Source: an uncultured delta proteobacterium
GTDB lineage: Bacteria > Desulfobacterota > Syntrophia > Syntrophales > UBA2185
Assembly (NCBI GenBank): GCA_963695875.1
Contig: CAVOID010000005.1
Location: 32,001 to 96,000 of the forward strand
DNA: 64,000 nucleotides
Direction: 5' to 3'
The position numbers and the translations under genes are program-made. The notes below the pieces were generated by a model, which worked only from the letters and a program-made list of their open reading frames with translations, was not told the DNA's origin and searched no databases. This document shows, piece by piece, positions 1 to 10,083 of this stretch (position 1 is its first letter; each line of letters opens with the position of its first letter).

Positions 1-689
1 GGATACAAACGCATCCGCCATCTGTGAGCTGCTGCAGGCCAGTCGCCAGGAGGACAGAAGATAGGAGGCAAGGGTCATATGATAATAAAAAGCGGGACAT
101 TCCCGTAAAGGAACTCCGATCAGGGTGGAAGGAACACCCAGGACAGAGAACAAACGGGTGGAACAACCCATGCGCAGGAGGAGTTCCCCCATGGATTCAA
201 AGTTCTCCGGCGAAAGAAAAGTCATCTCCGGGGACATCAGCATGTCGAGCGAAAACAGGGAGCGGGATATTTGCCTCAGATCGCCCATGATCGTTGTAAT
301 CTGGCTGTGCTCCTGGGGAAAGGCCCATCTCAAGTTGTCTTCGAAGGCATCGATGCCTTCAGGAAGGTCGAAGGTAAAATCATCAAAAATATAGCGGTCT
401 ATGACACCATCTAACGCCCATGCGCTCGACAGGGATCAACGGGGTGACGCCGAGATAATCCCACAATCTGCGGAGAGGCTGCCCCTTGTCGAGGGAGCCC
501 ATGTAATGCACGCCCACAGGACATTCAATGCCGGACCGGATATAGCTCCGCATCAATCCCCCCGGCAGCGGATTTTTTTCCACGACCGTGACCCGGTGGT
601 TAAGTTTCGACAGAATTATACCGGCCGTCAGACCACCGACACCGGAACCGATGATCAGGACTTTTCCATGTACGCGTCTTTCCCTGCAT
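1..689 (-). CDS. Phytoene desaturase-like NAD(P)/FAD-dependent oxidoreductase, 5' part (runs off window; frameshifts near 675 and 410)
   Basis: Manual translation gives the Rossmann motif KVLIIGSGVGGLTAG...VVEKNPLPGG, then GVHYMG, continuing in another frame as DRYIFDDFTFDLPEG. The ATG at 689 overlaps the upstream stop (TGATG). Confidence 0.8.
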
Positions 690-2870
690 CATGGCCTTAT
701 CTCCACCGCCGTTATGTAATTACCGAATCCCATGACAAGAACACCCCTCCCCCGCAATGGCACCGGGCCTTGATGGCAGACGTTTTCTGGTATTTCACCG
801 GCTTTCACAAACGAGACCGCCAGAACCGCCGCGACGGCCGACGCCGATGCAAATTCACCGACGAACCTCCGATAATCGATAACGGGATGAGGGTATCCCG
901 TGAGAGACAGGAAGTCATTTAGTTGCCCCTCTCCCTTTTCTCTTTGTGCGGCGGGAATTCCCGCCAGGATGGCCCCGAATTCGTCTTTGATTCTTTCCCT
1001 TCCACCGAGCGCATTGATGAGTTCCGCGATACATTTCCTGTTGGTTCCGGCGTAAGAGAAAAACGAAGGATATATCTGCAATGAGCGATGTCGACGTCGC
1101 CGGCATGAGGTAGAGAGCGCCGCCTCCGTCTGCCGGGACTCCCGCCTGCGCCACGGAGGCATCAAACAGAGGAGATAATTTTTCGTGATATTCGTCCGCG
1201 CCGATTACGAGAAGAGGATCATCGCTGTTCCGGGTGAGAAGGCTCGCGCTCAGCAGTGCCTGCTCGAAGGAACAATCGCCGCCTGTCATGGTCACGTTCG
1301 GACCGGTTGCCTTGAAGTGGATCGCGACATGACCTGCGGCCGCGTTGTGCACGGAGCCGACAAAATCCGTCGGGCTGGTAAATCTCTCATTCGATGCAAA
1401 GAGTTTTGTCAGGAAATCATGGGTCTCAGAAAGCCCGCCCCAACCGGTTCCGAAAAAAACCGAGGCCGGTGGTTTCGTCATCGTCGTATCTGCACAGGCA
1501 GAAACCGCGAGCGACAGGCCCATGCGGCAAAGACGCTTCATACGTCGGACGTATTTCTCGGAGAGAAACCTCAGTATTTCGGCAGATGGAACGATTCCGC
1601 CGGCTCCTTCACCACGACTGATATGTTCCATTGTTCGTACGGCATCCCCGGCCCCTGTAAAGCAGGAGCTTCCCAATATGGCAAATGCTCTGGGTTTTAC
1701 CTCGGAAACCGGAGCCTTGAAATCTTCTTGACCCCCCGGACGGCCGATAACGAGGACAGCGTTATTTCCGCCGAAACCGAAGGCATTTACAAGAACCGTG
1801 TTTATCTTCGCCTCCAAAGGCTCTCTCACCGGCATCAAACTCAAGCCGGGATCGGGATCATGAAAGCCCGTATTCGCAGGTATGATGCCATGGGTAATGC
1901 TTAATGTGGAAACAACAGCGCCAATCGCCCCTGCTGCCGCCAGAGAATGACCGACAGACCCTTTGATGGAAGAGAGCGGCGGCAAAGGATGATCTCCGAA
2001 AAGGGCGTGTACCGCCCTTGCCTCAGCAAGATCGTTATCTACGGTGCCCGTTCCGTGGAGATGGATATAATCGATATCCGCAGGTGAAATGCAGGCATCG
2101 GAAAGAGCTTCTTTCATGGCATGCAGCGCTCCAACGCCTTCCGGATGAGGCGAAGCGGGATGATAGGCGTCGCAGGATAAGCCGGCCCCGACCAATTCTG
2201 CAAGGATATCGTCCGGTGGGATTTCCGCAGCGGTCAGAAGCAGCATGGCAGCACCCTCACCGACGGACATACCGCGTCTCCCTTTGTCGAAAGGATGAGC
2301 GCCTGTAACATCTACAAGCTGAAGAGAATGAAAACCATAGTAGGTCAACCGGCAGAGCGCATCAACGCCTCCTGCAAGGACCCTTTTCACCCTGCCTGAC
2401 CGCAGCATTTCAAGAGCGATTTTCAGGGCAACAGATCCTGATGAGCACGCTGTCGAAACAGTGAGGACGGGACCTTCACATCCCACGCGGCGGGCTATAT
2501 TCTCGGCAATGGAACCGGTGGAGTGATTTCTGTATCTTTCAGGATCAACGACGCCTTGTTTTAAAAGTTCCTCTGTAACAGGCATTCCTCCCGTGGTGAC
2601 GCCGATGACAATTGCATCCGGCGGGCCGCCCCCATTTTCCATAGCCTCTTCGGCAGCAGCAAGCGCCAGCGCATGGGTCCGGGGCAGATCCTCCGTGGAA
2701 GAAAACGAGATGATTTCACCGACGGGTAGCGGTGTTTCGGAAGTTGGGAAAAGATGAAGAGGTTTAATTTCTCGTGCAGCTGTTTTGATGGAGTCTATTG
2801 TATCGAATATGCCTTGTCCGAAAGGGCTTATGATTCCCATTGATGAAATAAAAACACGTGTGCCATTCAA
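689..2870 (-). CDS. Beta-ketoacyl-ACP synthase (FabF-type KS) fused to a chain-length-factor domain; frameshift near 1050-1080
   Basis: KS catalytic motifs TACSSG, HGTGT, GHSLAAAG and FGFGG, followed in frame by a second KS-like domain (RRMKRL, FVGSVHNAAAG, SFEQAL) without the TAC/HGTGT motifs. The C-terminus is in ORF 689..1165. Confidence 0.85.
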
Positions 2871-3133
2871 TTCTTTTTCTCCGACCGGTAATGATGGACA
2901 TAATCCGCCAAAGCCGCAACGGATGCGAAAACCTTAACGCCGAGCTCTTTGCTGTCGATTTTTACACCGTAATCTTTTTCAAGCATCATGACCAGTTCCA
3001 GCACATCGATGGAATCCAGTCCGAGATCGCCTCCGATGAGCTGAGCATTCTCATTGATGTCCCCCGGAGAAATATCGATAAGATTCAAGGTCTCGATGAT
3101 TTTAACTTTCAGTTCTTGAATTAATTCATTCAT
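2867..3133 (-). CDS. Acyl carrier protein
   Basis: 88 aa acidic protein with the LGLDSIDVLEL phosphopantetheine motif; overlaps the KS start. Confidence 0.95.
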   Translation of the reverse strand: MNELIQELKVKIIETLNLIDISPGDINENAQLIGGDLGLDSIDVLELVMMLEKDYGVKIDSKELGVKVFASVAALADYVHHYRSEKKN

Positions 3134-3729
3134 TTCAGTTCCTTTAGGTGGTTATAAACGATGTGATAAGCAGGTACCATCACTGTTGTTGGTTCAGGTC
3201 TCTGACCCGAACCGAACTGCCCTAGGCTGCCCAGTACCGTAAAACCAGCCATCATTCACGCCGTCAGCCGTTTCGTTATACACGAAGATCAACCCATTCC
3301 GCAATGATTTTTCTGATTAGGTTCCGGCAGGTAAAAATCAAGTATGGCATTCATGGAATTCCATTGCCGTCAATGGTCTTGCTCCGGAAAAATATAGAGA
3401 GCGTGTCTCTATCTCCCAAAGGGTTGTATGAAGTCAGCTGAAAATGGCAAATATGAAATGGCGATTCCAATACCCGCTGCTCGTTGAACCAGACAGGGAA
3501 TCACTTCGATGATAATCGTTTGAAACATTCAGCTTAATTCGCTGAGTGAAAGGTCATATTCTTCGTCTATGAGTTTTCTTTTTACCATATCAAATATGGC
3601 CAGAAACCCTTACGATAAGCTTTCAATTCCGGGTTAGGCTCAAGGAGAAAAAAGATAAGATCGCAAGCATAATCTGTTTGCCCCGTCCTTCTGCAGATTG
3701 CCAGATAGGATACTTGACAAAGGAACTTA

Positions 3730-4638
3730 TTATGCTTTCTGGTTTCGTCGAGCCTGCTTTGGTTTCTCCATCCAGTGTTTGATACGGTTGGCGTCGCCGA
3801 AGCGGGTAAGCTTCCCTTGAGCATCTAGCAGTACAATCAACACGGGACGCTGCGCCACATGGGCCTGCATCACCAGGCATCGGCCTGCCTCATTGATGAA
3901 GCCGGTTTTGGAGAGGCCGATCTGCCAACTACGGCTCCTGATCAAGAGGTTGCTGTTACGGAATTTAAGTGTGCGGCGGCCCGAATGGATCGTGACCTCT
4001 TTGCGGGTTGTGAATTCCCGGACAAGACTATATTGATAGGCAGCGTCCACCATGCGCACCAACTCCCGAGCGGAGGAGACATTGCCGCTGGAGATTCCGG
4101 TAGGATCCTCGAAGTGTGTCTCGGCGAGTCCCAGTGACTTGCTCTTGGCGTTCATGGCAATAACAAATATGTCGATACCGCCTGGATAGGTCCGCCCCAA
4201 GGCGTGAGCAGCACGGTTTTCGGAAGCCATCAAAGCCAGTAACAAGGCCTCTCCGCGCGTGAGGCGGGTACCCACCGGTAGGCGGGAGCGGCTGAATCGC
4301 AGTCTGTCTACATCTTCGGGTTCGATGGTAATCGATTCCTGGAGGTCTACTTGCGCATCCAGCACCACCATGGCGGTCATAAGCTTGGTGATCGAGGCAA
4401 TGGGCAATACCATCTCCGCTTGCTTCTGAACCAGGCACTCACCTGTCTGCTGATCCTCCACAAATGCGGAGGCGGAGCGCAGAATGAGCTTCTGAGGAAC
4501 CCTGATAGCTGCAACGCGCGAATAGGTTCTATAGTCAAGGGATCTCGACGATTTTGAGAATCCTATGGCCCCTTGGACTTCCAACATGCCCCAAGTCAGA
4601 AGGATCCCCAGGATTACCATGCCATTTCTGCGCGTCAT
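3730..4638 (-). CDS. pbpG: D-alanyl-D-alanine endopeptidase (PBP7-like, peptidase S11)
   Basis: SxxK (ASITK), SEN and KTG motifs; N-terminal signal-like segment; start chosen at MTRRNG. Confidence 0.85.
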   Translation of the reverse strand: MTRRNGMVILGILLTWGMLEVQGAIGFSKSSRSLDYRTYSRVAAIRVPQKLILRSASAFVEDQQTGECLVQKQAEMVLPIASITKLMTAMVVLDAQVDLQESITIEPEDVDRLRFSRSRLPVGTRLTRGEALLLALMASENRAAHALGRTYPGGIDIFVIAMNAKSKSLGLAETHFEDPTGISSGNVSSARELVRMVDAAYQYSLVREFTTRKEVTIHSGRRTLKFRNSNLLIRSRSWQIGLSKTGFINEAGRCLVMQAHVAQRPVLIVLLDAQGKLTRFGDANRIKHWMEKPKQARRNQKA

Positions 4639-4972
4639 GTTTTCACCGTTACTTGAAGATGCCGGAGTCTCTACTTTACAGTAACCAATGACCACATGGT
4701 CATTCACAATTGGTTGTTATCATTGTCATGAAGTCATTGAATATTTAATATAACCTATAAATTATTTGAGTCTAGTAACCTGGACTCTTTGATACAGAAC
4801 GCTATAGTTATTTTCTCTGTCTGGCGCTTGGTTTTTCTGGTGGTGCTGCACTATTGCAACTTTCTAATTCATTTTTCAAATGTATCTGCTTCCCTTTAAT
4901 TTTTTCTGTGCTGTGCTATACGCTGCCTTCAACTTATTCCGTGAATGTTTATTTAAGACTGTGCTGACTGGT

Positions 4973-5023
4973 GTAAAGCTCCCCGCCTACAAGGCGGGGC
5001 TTGCGGGATGTGCTCCCGGTCAA
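4973..5023 (-). repeat. Short palindromic repeat, copy 1 (IS200/IS605-end-like, PATE candidate)
   Basis: Minus strand reads TTGACCGGGAGCACATCCCGCAAGCCCCGCCTTGTAGGCGGGGAGCTTTAC; a near-identical copy lies at 55351-55401. Confidence 0.75.
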
Positions 5024-5363
5024 AATCAGATTCATTTTCTTCGTCAAAGGTGACTAAATCCCTACTTTTTTGAATTCTTGAGACTTCCTTTTTACTTATC
5101 CGGCAAAGAGTCCAGATAAATAGCATAAAGAGAATGGTCAGAATTGCAATCACGCCTTCATTACTCTAAAATAGAGAAGCTTGTACTATCAGAGTGATAT
5201 GACGCCGCCATTGCCTCACATTCTATGGATTCGAAGTTTCTTGTTTTCTTCTGATTCTCCTTTACTATATATTGATACAGTAATATATTTGATATACCTT
5301 ATGCTGAGCATTGTCAATATATTTTTTATTGCATATTAATCCTGGATATATTATATATTCCTT

Positions 5364-5531
5364 ATGCCAACCGGTAAGCCTAAAATAATTTTAGTCCTCG
5401 ATCAAGACATTCGCGACCGGATCGATGACTACCGCTATGGTAATCGTATCCCTTCACGCTCCGAGGCCATCCGTCGATTAATTCTTGAAGCCCTTCAGAA
5501 TTATGAAAAAATGAAATCGCACGAGAGTTAG
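5364..5531 (+). CDS. Ribbon-helix-helix (CopG/Arc/MetJ-like) DNA-binding protein, 55 aa
   Basis: Manual translation MPTGKPKIILVLDQDIRDRIDDYRYGNRIPSRSEAIRRLILEALQNYEKMKSHES: a beta-strand followed by the SRSEAIR helix pattern typical of RHH. Below the ORF-track length cutoff. Confidence 0.8.
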   Translation: MPTGKPKIILVLDQDIRDRIDDYRYGNRIPSRSEAIRRLILEALQNYEKMKSHES

Positions 5532-6073
5532 GCCTTTTTTCAAGTTAAGCACTAATAATCTCCATCATAATTTTTTCACAGTTCCTATCGAATATGGAAT
5601 TCCCGAATGTTCGTGAATTTGGCGGTGATACATGCCAAACATAAAATATGGCATCTATAAATAATTTATGAGCGGAATAATCGAAAGGTGTGCTGGTCTT
5701 GACCGGGCCCTGCCGACGTATCCGAATCAGCCACTATGCTGCTTCTTGGCCACGGATTTATTGGGTCAGCGGGAGTCAGGAGAATGTTTAAAGAATAAGA
5801 TGGGGTCTAACTCTTATCTGAAAGGCAGTGTCAGATAGGCTATTTTTTTTATCCATCGATTTTATTGATTGTTAAAGCCAATCTACTGGCAAAGATGATT
5901 AATCCACCGCCATTTGAAGTGTCGTTTCATTTCTGGTTGATGTAAAAATCAGCCGACGCTACAAGCGATCGGCTGGGTTGTCTTATCAGGCAATCATTTT
6001 TTTAAAATATTCAATGTGACAGACCTAACCATTTTTTTTAGCATGTAATCAATCATATTTTCCAATCTGCAAT

Positions 6074-7222
6074 TCATGCAAGCAACGCTGCCATCTCTTC
6101 TTTTCGGGCGTTCGCATCCGCTGCACCGATTTCCATAAGATTTTTTATATAGCTTGGAACAAACATGACCATGCTGAGCCAATCAAAACTTCCCATTTCA
6201 TGAGTGCCGAGTCCGCGCATAAGAAAACGAAACAGACGGGGCAAATCGGATTCAAATTCGCCGGCTATTTTTCCCAGGTGTACGGAAGGACGCAAAACAA
6301 ATTCCCGAACTAATCGGAGCTTATTATATTCATTTAATGTGTTACTATCAAGAACACGGTTGACTCGCTCAAGCTCAAGTGCATCCTGATCCAGGAAATC
6401 AAGAAAAATAGCATTCATCAATATACCCATTATATGAGCAACGGAGGGATAGCCGCGATGGGTCTCATAACTTGCCTCTTGCATGGAGGGCTTGCAGCGA
6501 GTCGAAATTGCCAGGATACGTCCTGCGCCAAGATGCAGAGAGGGTGAAAGCGGTGCGGATTGACGAATAACGCCATCACCATACCAAGAATTTTCAACTT
6601 TAACGGCTGGAAAGAAAATAGGCAGCGCCGTGGAAGCCATGATTTGGTCAACCGTAATTTCTGTCATAACACTGTGTCTATCGGGCCTTTCCCACATTTC
6701 GATATTCTTTCCCTGAACCCATGTAACAGTTTGGCCCGTTGTATAGTTTGTGGCTGTGATGGCAAGGGCTTTTAGTTTTTGCCTTCTTATATTCTCGCGG
6801 ATTCCTATTATTCCGCCGCCCGATGATTTAAAGCCATTTTCCAACATTTTTCTGAGCGGCGTAGTATCCACCAATCCTTTCGGGGATATTGTCGTAGCAA
6901 CACCTCCCGAAAGAAGGGAGAACCCCCAATGCAAAACATTTTTTAATAGGCTCCCGGCATCTACTTTAAAAACATTATCGATTTTAAGTTTAAGCCAGAA
7001 TTCGCTTAGTGCATTAACAGCTTCTGCAAAGGTACCTTGATGATTGGCAATAAACGTTGCGTTGATGGCACCGGCGGAAACGCCTGTTAATATCGGGATG
7101 TTGAGGTGAGGGAAATGATCTGCAAGGGAACGCAGAAAGCCTACTTGATAAGCGGCATGCGCCCCTCCTCCACTTAGTACGAGAGCTAAATCATTATTGT
7201 CGCTACTCAATGACCACACCAA
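6074..7222 (-). CDS. Patatin-like phospholipase
   Basis: LSGGGAHAAYQ oxyanion loop, GVSAG nucleophile motif, DG catalytic Asp motif. Confidence 0.9.
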   Translation of the reverse strand: MVWSLSSDNNDLALVLSGGGAHAAYQVGFLRSLADHFPHLNIPILTGVSAGAINATFIANHQGTFAEAVNALSEFWLKLKIDNVFKVDAGSLLKNVLHWGFSLLSGGVATTISPKGLVDTTPLRKMLENGFKSSGGGIIGIRENIRRQKLKALAITATNYTTGQTVTWVQGKNIEMWERPDRHSVMTEITVDQIMASTALPIFFPAVKVENSWYGDGVIRQSAPLSPSLHLGAGRILAISTRCKPSMQEASYETHRGYPSVAHIMGILMNAIFLDFLDQDALELERVNRVLDSNTLNEYNKLRLVREFVLRPSVHLGKIAGEFESDLPRLFRFLMRGLGTHEMGSFDWLSMVMFVPSYIKNLMEIGAADANARKEEMAALLA

Positions 7223-7411
7223 TCTTGAGGTTTAATATGTACTAATTTCCTCTTTAACCCTTATAATTTTGCAAATTTATCAAAAAGCGTCAACAGCGGA
7301 AAAAATGGGGATGGATTTATTTTATTACTGTATCATGATATTTATGGCTTATTTGCGTCTTCAACAACAGAAAGGTTAGTGCTCGACATTTTAAAAAAAT
7401 CCATCCCCATT

Positions 7412-9061
7412 CTACTCAAGGTCATGCAAAACAGCGGCACCGAATTTCTCCTTTTTTGTGTCGAATGTCCTCTTACTGCTGCATCTCGCCTCTTTTGCTT
7501 CTTCGAGGAAGTATCTCAAGAGATTGAGATCACTGTTGTTGCGGACGCCAGCTTTAAGATCCTTTGAAATCTTTGCCACAACGGACAGGATACCAAAGGT
7601 GTAAAGGCTCAATGTCGTCACTCGTCTCAGGAAGAATTCCTTCTCTCCCACCTTTTTTCCATATAAGAGGATTCCCAGCAGCAGCATTCGTTTGATCACT
7701 CGTGCATTGGCCATTGCCATTTTTACTGCCTCCCGCATGGTTTTGTCGCCGACATCCAGGTACAAGGGCATCGCCGTAAAACTGGAGAAGAATGCTTTCG
7801 GAATGAAGGACAAGCGGGCAAACCATCGGTGTGAGCGGAGCTGTCTCTTCAGCCGTCCGAGAAGGAAGAGGGCGGGATAGACGGAATGGATTTCCGTCGT
7901 TCCTTCGAATATAGGAACGACCCGGAAATCGCGCATTCGCTTTTCGTAAGGCTGGGTCATGAGATAGCCGGCCCCTCCGGCTACCTGAAGGGCATCGTAA
8001 AGGACATCCCAGGCGCGTGTCGATCCGAAAAGCTTGCAGTGTGATGTCTCAATTACTGGATCCTCAGTCGGTGCAGTTTCGAGAAGATTCGCAGTAAAAT
8101 AATTCATGCATGACATCACAAATCCGTGGGTCCTGGCATTGATAATTTTCTCCTGGACGAGAGGAAAATTTCGGATGGGGACACCGAACTGGACCCTGGT
8201 GCGGGCGCGCTTGAGCATGTCCTTCAAGGATACGTCCATGAGGCCGACGGACACGGCGCCAAGGGCGAGTCTCCCATAGTTGAGAATGGCCAGGGCGATC
8301 TTGTACCCTTCTCCCGACTTTCCCAGCATGTTCGCTACAGGGACGTGAACGTTGTCAAATTGAATGGTGGCCGTGGAGCTGGCCTTGATCCCCATCTTAG
8401 GCATGTCCTTCCCGATCTTCACACCTTCCCATGCCGTCTCCGCAATGAAGGCGCCCATGAAGCCGGGATGGGCCGGGTCCATCTGGGCGAAGACAGTGAG
8501 GCCGCGCGCGTAGTTTGCGTTGGTGATGTAGGTTTTCATGCCGTTGAGGATGTAGTACTTTCCATCTCCGGAGAGTTCGGCCTTCGTCTCAATATGTCTC
8601 GCATCGGAGCCGAAATTGGGTTCCGTGAGGGCGTAGGAAAAGATCATTTCCCCCGAGGCAGCAAGAGGGAGGTATTGGCGCTTTTGCTCTTCCGTCCCGA
8701 ATAGTTCGATGCCCTTGATGCCGATGAAGAGGTGGGCAAGGAAAACGATTGCAACGGCTACGTCCAGGGCCGATATTTCTTCGACTAGTCGGATGCAGTT
8801 GAAAAGGTCAACGCCCAACCCGCTATAGGTTTCGGCAACGGTGATACCGAAGAAGCCCTTCCTTCCCATCTCTCGCAGCATCTCCTCGGGGATGCGTCCC
8901 TCCTCTTCGATCTTCTGCGGGGAATAGTTTTTGAGCATCTCCCGATAGGTCTTCAAGAGGGACTGAACCTTTTCCGAATCGCCCGGCATGTGGAAGGCGT
9001 TAAAGACCGTTTGGTCCAGAACACCGTCTAATATCTTTTCCATGAAACTACCCGATGCCAT
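7412..9061 (-). CDS. Acyl-CoA dehydrogenase (VLCAD/ACAD9-like long form)
   Basis: YALTEPNFGSDA, NGMKTYITN, RVQFG, GGAGY and IFEGTTEI motifs; AGGAGG RBS before the ATG at 9061. Confidence 0.92.
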   Translation of the reverse strand: MASGSFMEKILDGVLDQTVFNAFHMPGDSEKVQSLLKTYREMLKNYSPQKIEEEGRIPEEMLREMGRKGFFGITVAETYSGLGVDLFNCIRLVEEISALDVAVAIVFLAHLFIGIKGIELFGTEEQKRQYLPLAASGEMIFSYALTEPNFGSDARHIETKAELSGDGKYYILNGMKTYITNANYARGLTVFAQMDPAHPGFMGAFIAETAWEGVKIGKDMPKMGIKASSTATIQFDNVHVPVANMLGKSGEGYKIALAILNYGRLALGAVSVGLMDVSLKDMLKRARTRVQFGVPIRNFPLVQEKIINARTHGFVMSCMNYFTANLLETAPTEDPVIETSHCKLFGSTRAWDVLYDALQVAGGAGYLMTQPYEKRMRDFRVVPIFEGTTEIHSVYPALFLLGRLKRQLRSHRWFARLSFIPKAFFSSFTAMPLYLDVGDKTMREAVKMAMANARVIKRMLLLGILLYGKKVGEKEFFLRRVTTLSLYTFGILSVVAKISKDLKAGVRNNSDLNLLRYFLEEAKEARCSSKRTFDTKKEKFGAAVLHDLE

Positions 9062-9147
9062 CAGTCTCCTCCTTTCTCTTGAATCCGCGTCCGTTACATC
9101 TCTTCGCAAAAAGCATCCTATCGAACATATAGAAATTCCGTAATTTT

Positions 9148-10062
9148 TTATAATTTGTTGGCATCCCCCTCCAGTTTCCGTCCGAGAAAAGGCTCGAAGT
9201 GGAACCATTCAAAGGGATGCTGCCGCACTTGTTCCTCAAGGCGGTCGGCATAGGTTTGCGCCGCCCTGCTGATGGCCTCCTGCCTATCGTCCCGGTTTTT
9301 TGCATGGACGTACTCCGGCGGCAATGTTTGAAAGTGATATCTCTGTTTACCTGTGCGAAACGCAAAAAAAATGTACAGAGGGGTGCCGGATAGCAGGGCA
9401 AAGACAAAGGGAGTTTCCGGGAGATATGCCTCATGCCCCAGGAATCGAACCGTTATGGAACGCTGGTCTTTGCGCCATATGCGGTCGCCGGTCAGAGAAA
9501 CCAGGCCGCCAGCCTTCAGAAAGTTGATGCCTTCGACGATATCAGTGGGGGTTCCCCCTTCCTCTTCCACAACTATAATCTTCACACCGCTCTGGACGAG
9601 GCTCTCCTTCTGCGTATGCTCAATCTGGTCCTTGTGCTTCTGGCCCAGGTAGAGAAGCAGTTTCATCTGCGGATTATTGCGGCCCTGAACCTTGAGCATA
9701 TGAGCCGCAATTTCCCAGTTCCCCACATGGGACATGAGAATAATGCCGCCCAATTTCCTGTTTACAGCCTCCTCAAGATAGTTCCACCCCTCATGTGTGA
9801 TGGCAAGCTTATGCTCATCGAAGAGGAGAAACCTGTCCATGTATACATAGGTGAAATCGTGAAATTGCTTCCACGCACACCAAAGATGATACAATCGCCC
9901 CCTTGACAGAAAGAGGGCTCCGTAAAAGCGTACGCTTACGGCCACCCTTCCCGGGAAAAGGAGAAAATATCCGGTGGCAACGAACCAGGCCATCACCCGG
10001 AACACCCATAGTCCCATTCGCTTTGACAGGGCAATCAGGATCCGGTAGAAAATATCCTTCAT
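9148..10062 (-). CDS. Lysophospholipid/lipid A (LpxL-like) acyltransferase
   Basis: SHVGNWE, GDR, FLG and HPFEWFHF motifs; typical of aryl polyene clusters. Confidence 0.88.
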   Translation of the reverse strand: MKDIFYRILIALSKRMGLWVFRVMAWFVATGYFLLFPGRVAVSVRFYGALFLSRGRLYHLWCAWKQFHDFTYVYMDRFLLFDEHKLAITHEGWNYLEEAVNRKLGGIILMSHVGNWEIAAHMLKVQGRNNPQMKLLLYLGQKHKDQIEHTQKESLVQSGVKIIVVEEEGGTPTDIVEGINFLKAGGLVSLTGDRIWRKDQRSITVRFLGHEAYLPETPFVFALLSGTPLYIFFAFRTGKQRYHFQTLPPEYVHAKNRDDRQEAISRAAQTYADRLEEQVRQHPFEWFHFEPFLGRKLEGDANKL

Positions 10063-10083
10063 TCCATCCTCATTTCCTCATGC

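Noticed and set aside
401..2308. Long plus-strand ORFs opposite the KS (and similar antisense ORFs elsewhere)
   Set aside because: They are shadow frames of well-supported genes on the other strand, with no motifs.
4953..5153. 66-aa ORF as a real gene
   Set aside because: Its 3' end is formed by the palindromic repeat, and there is no RBS or family motif. A small membrane peptide cannot be excluded.
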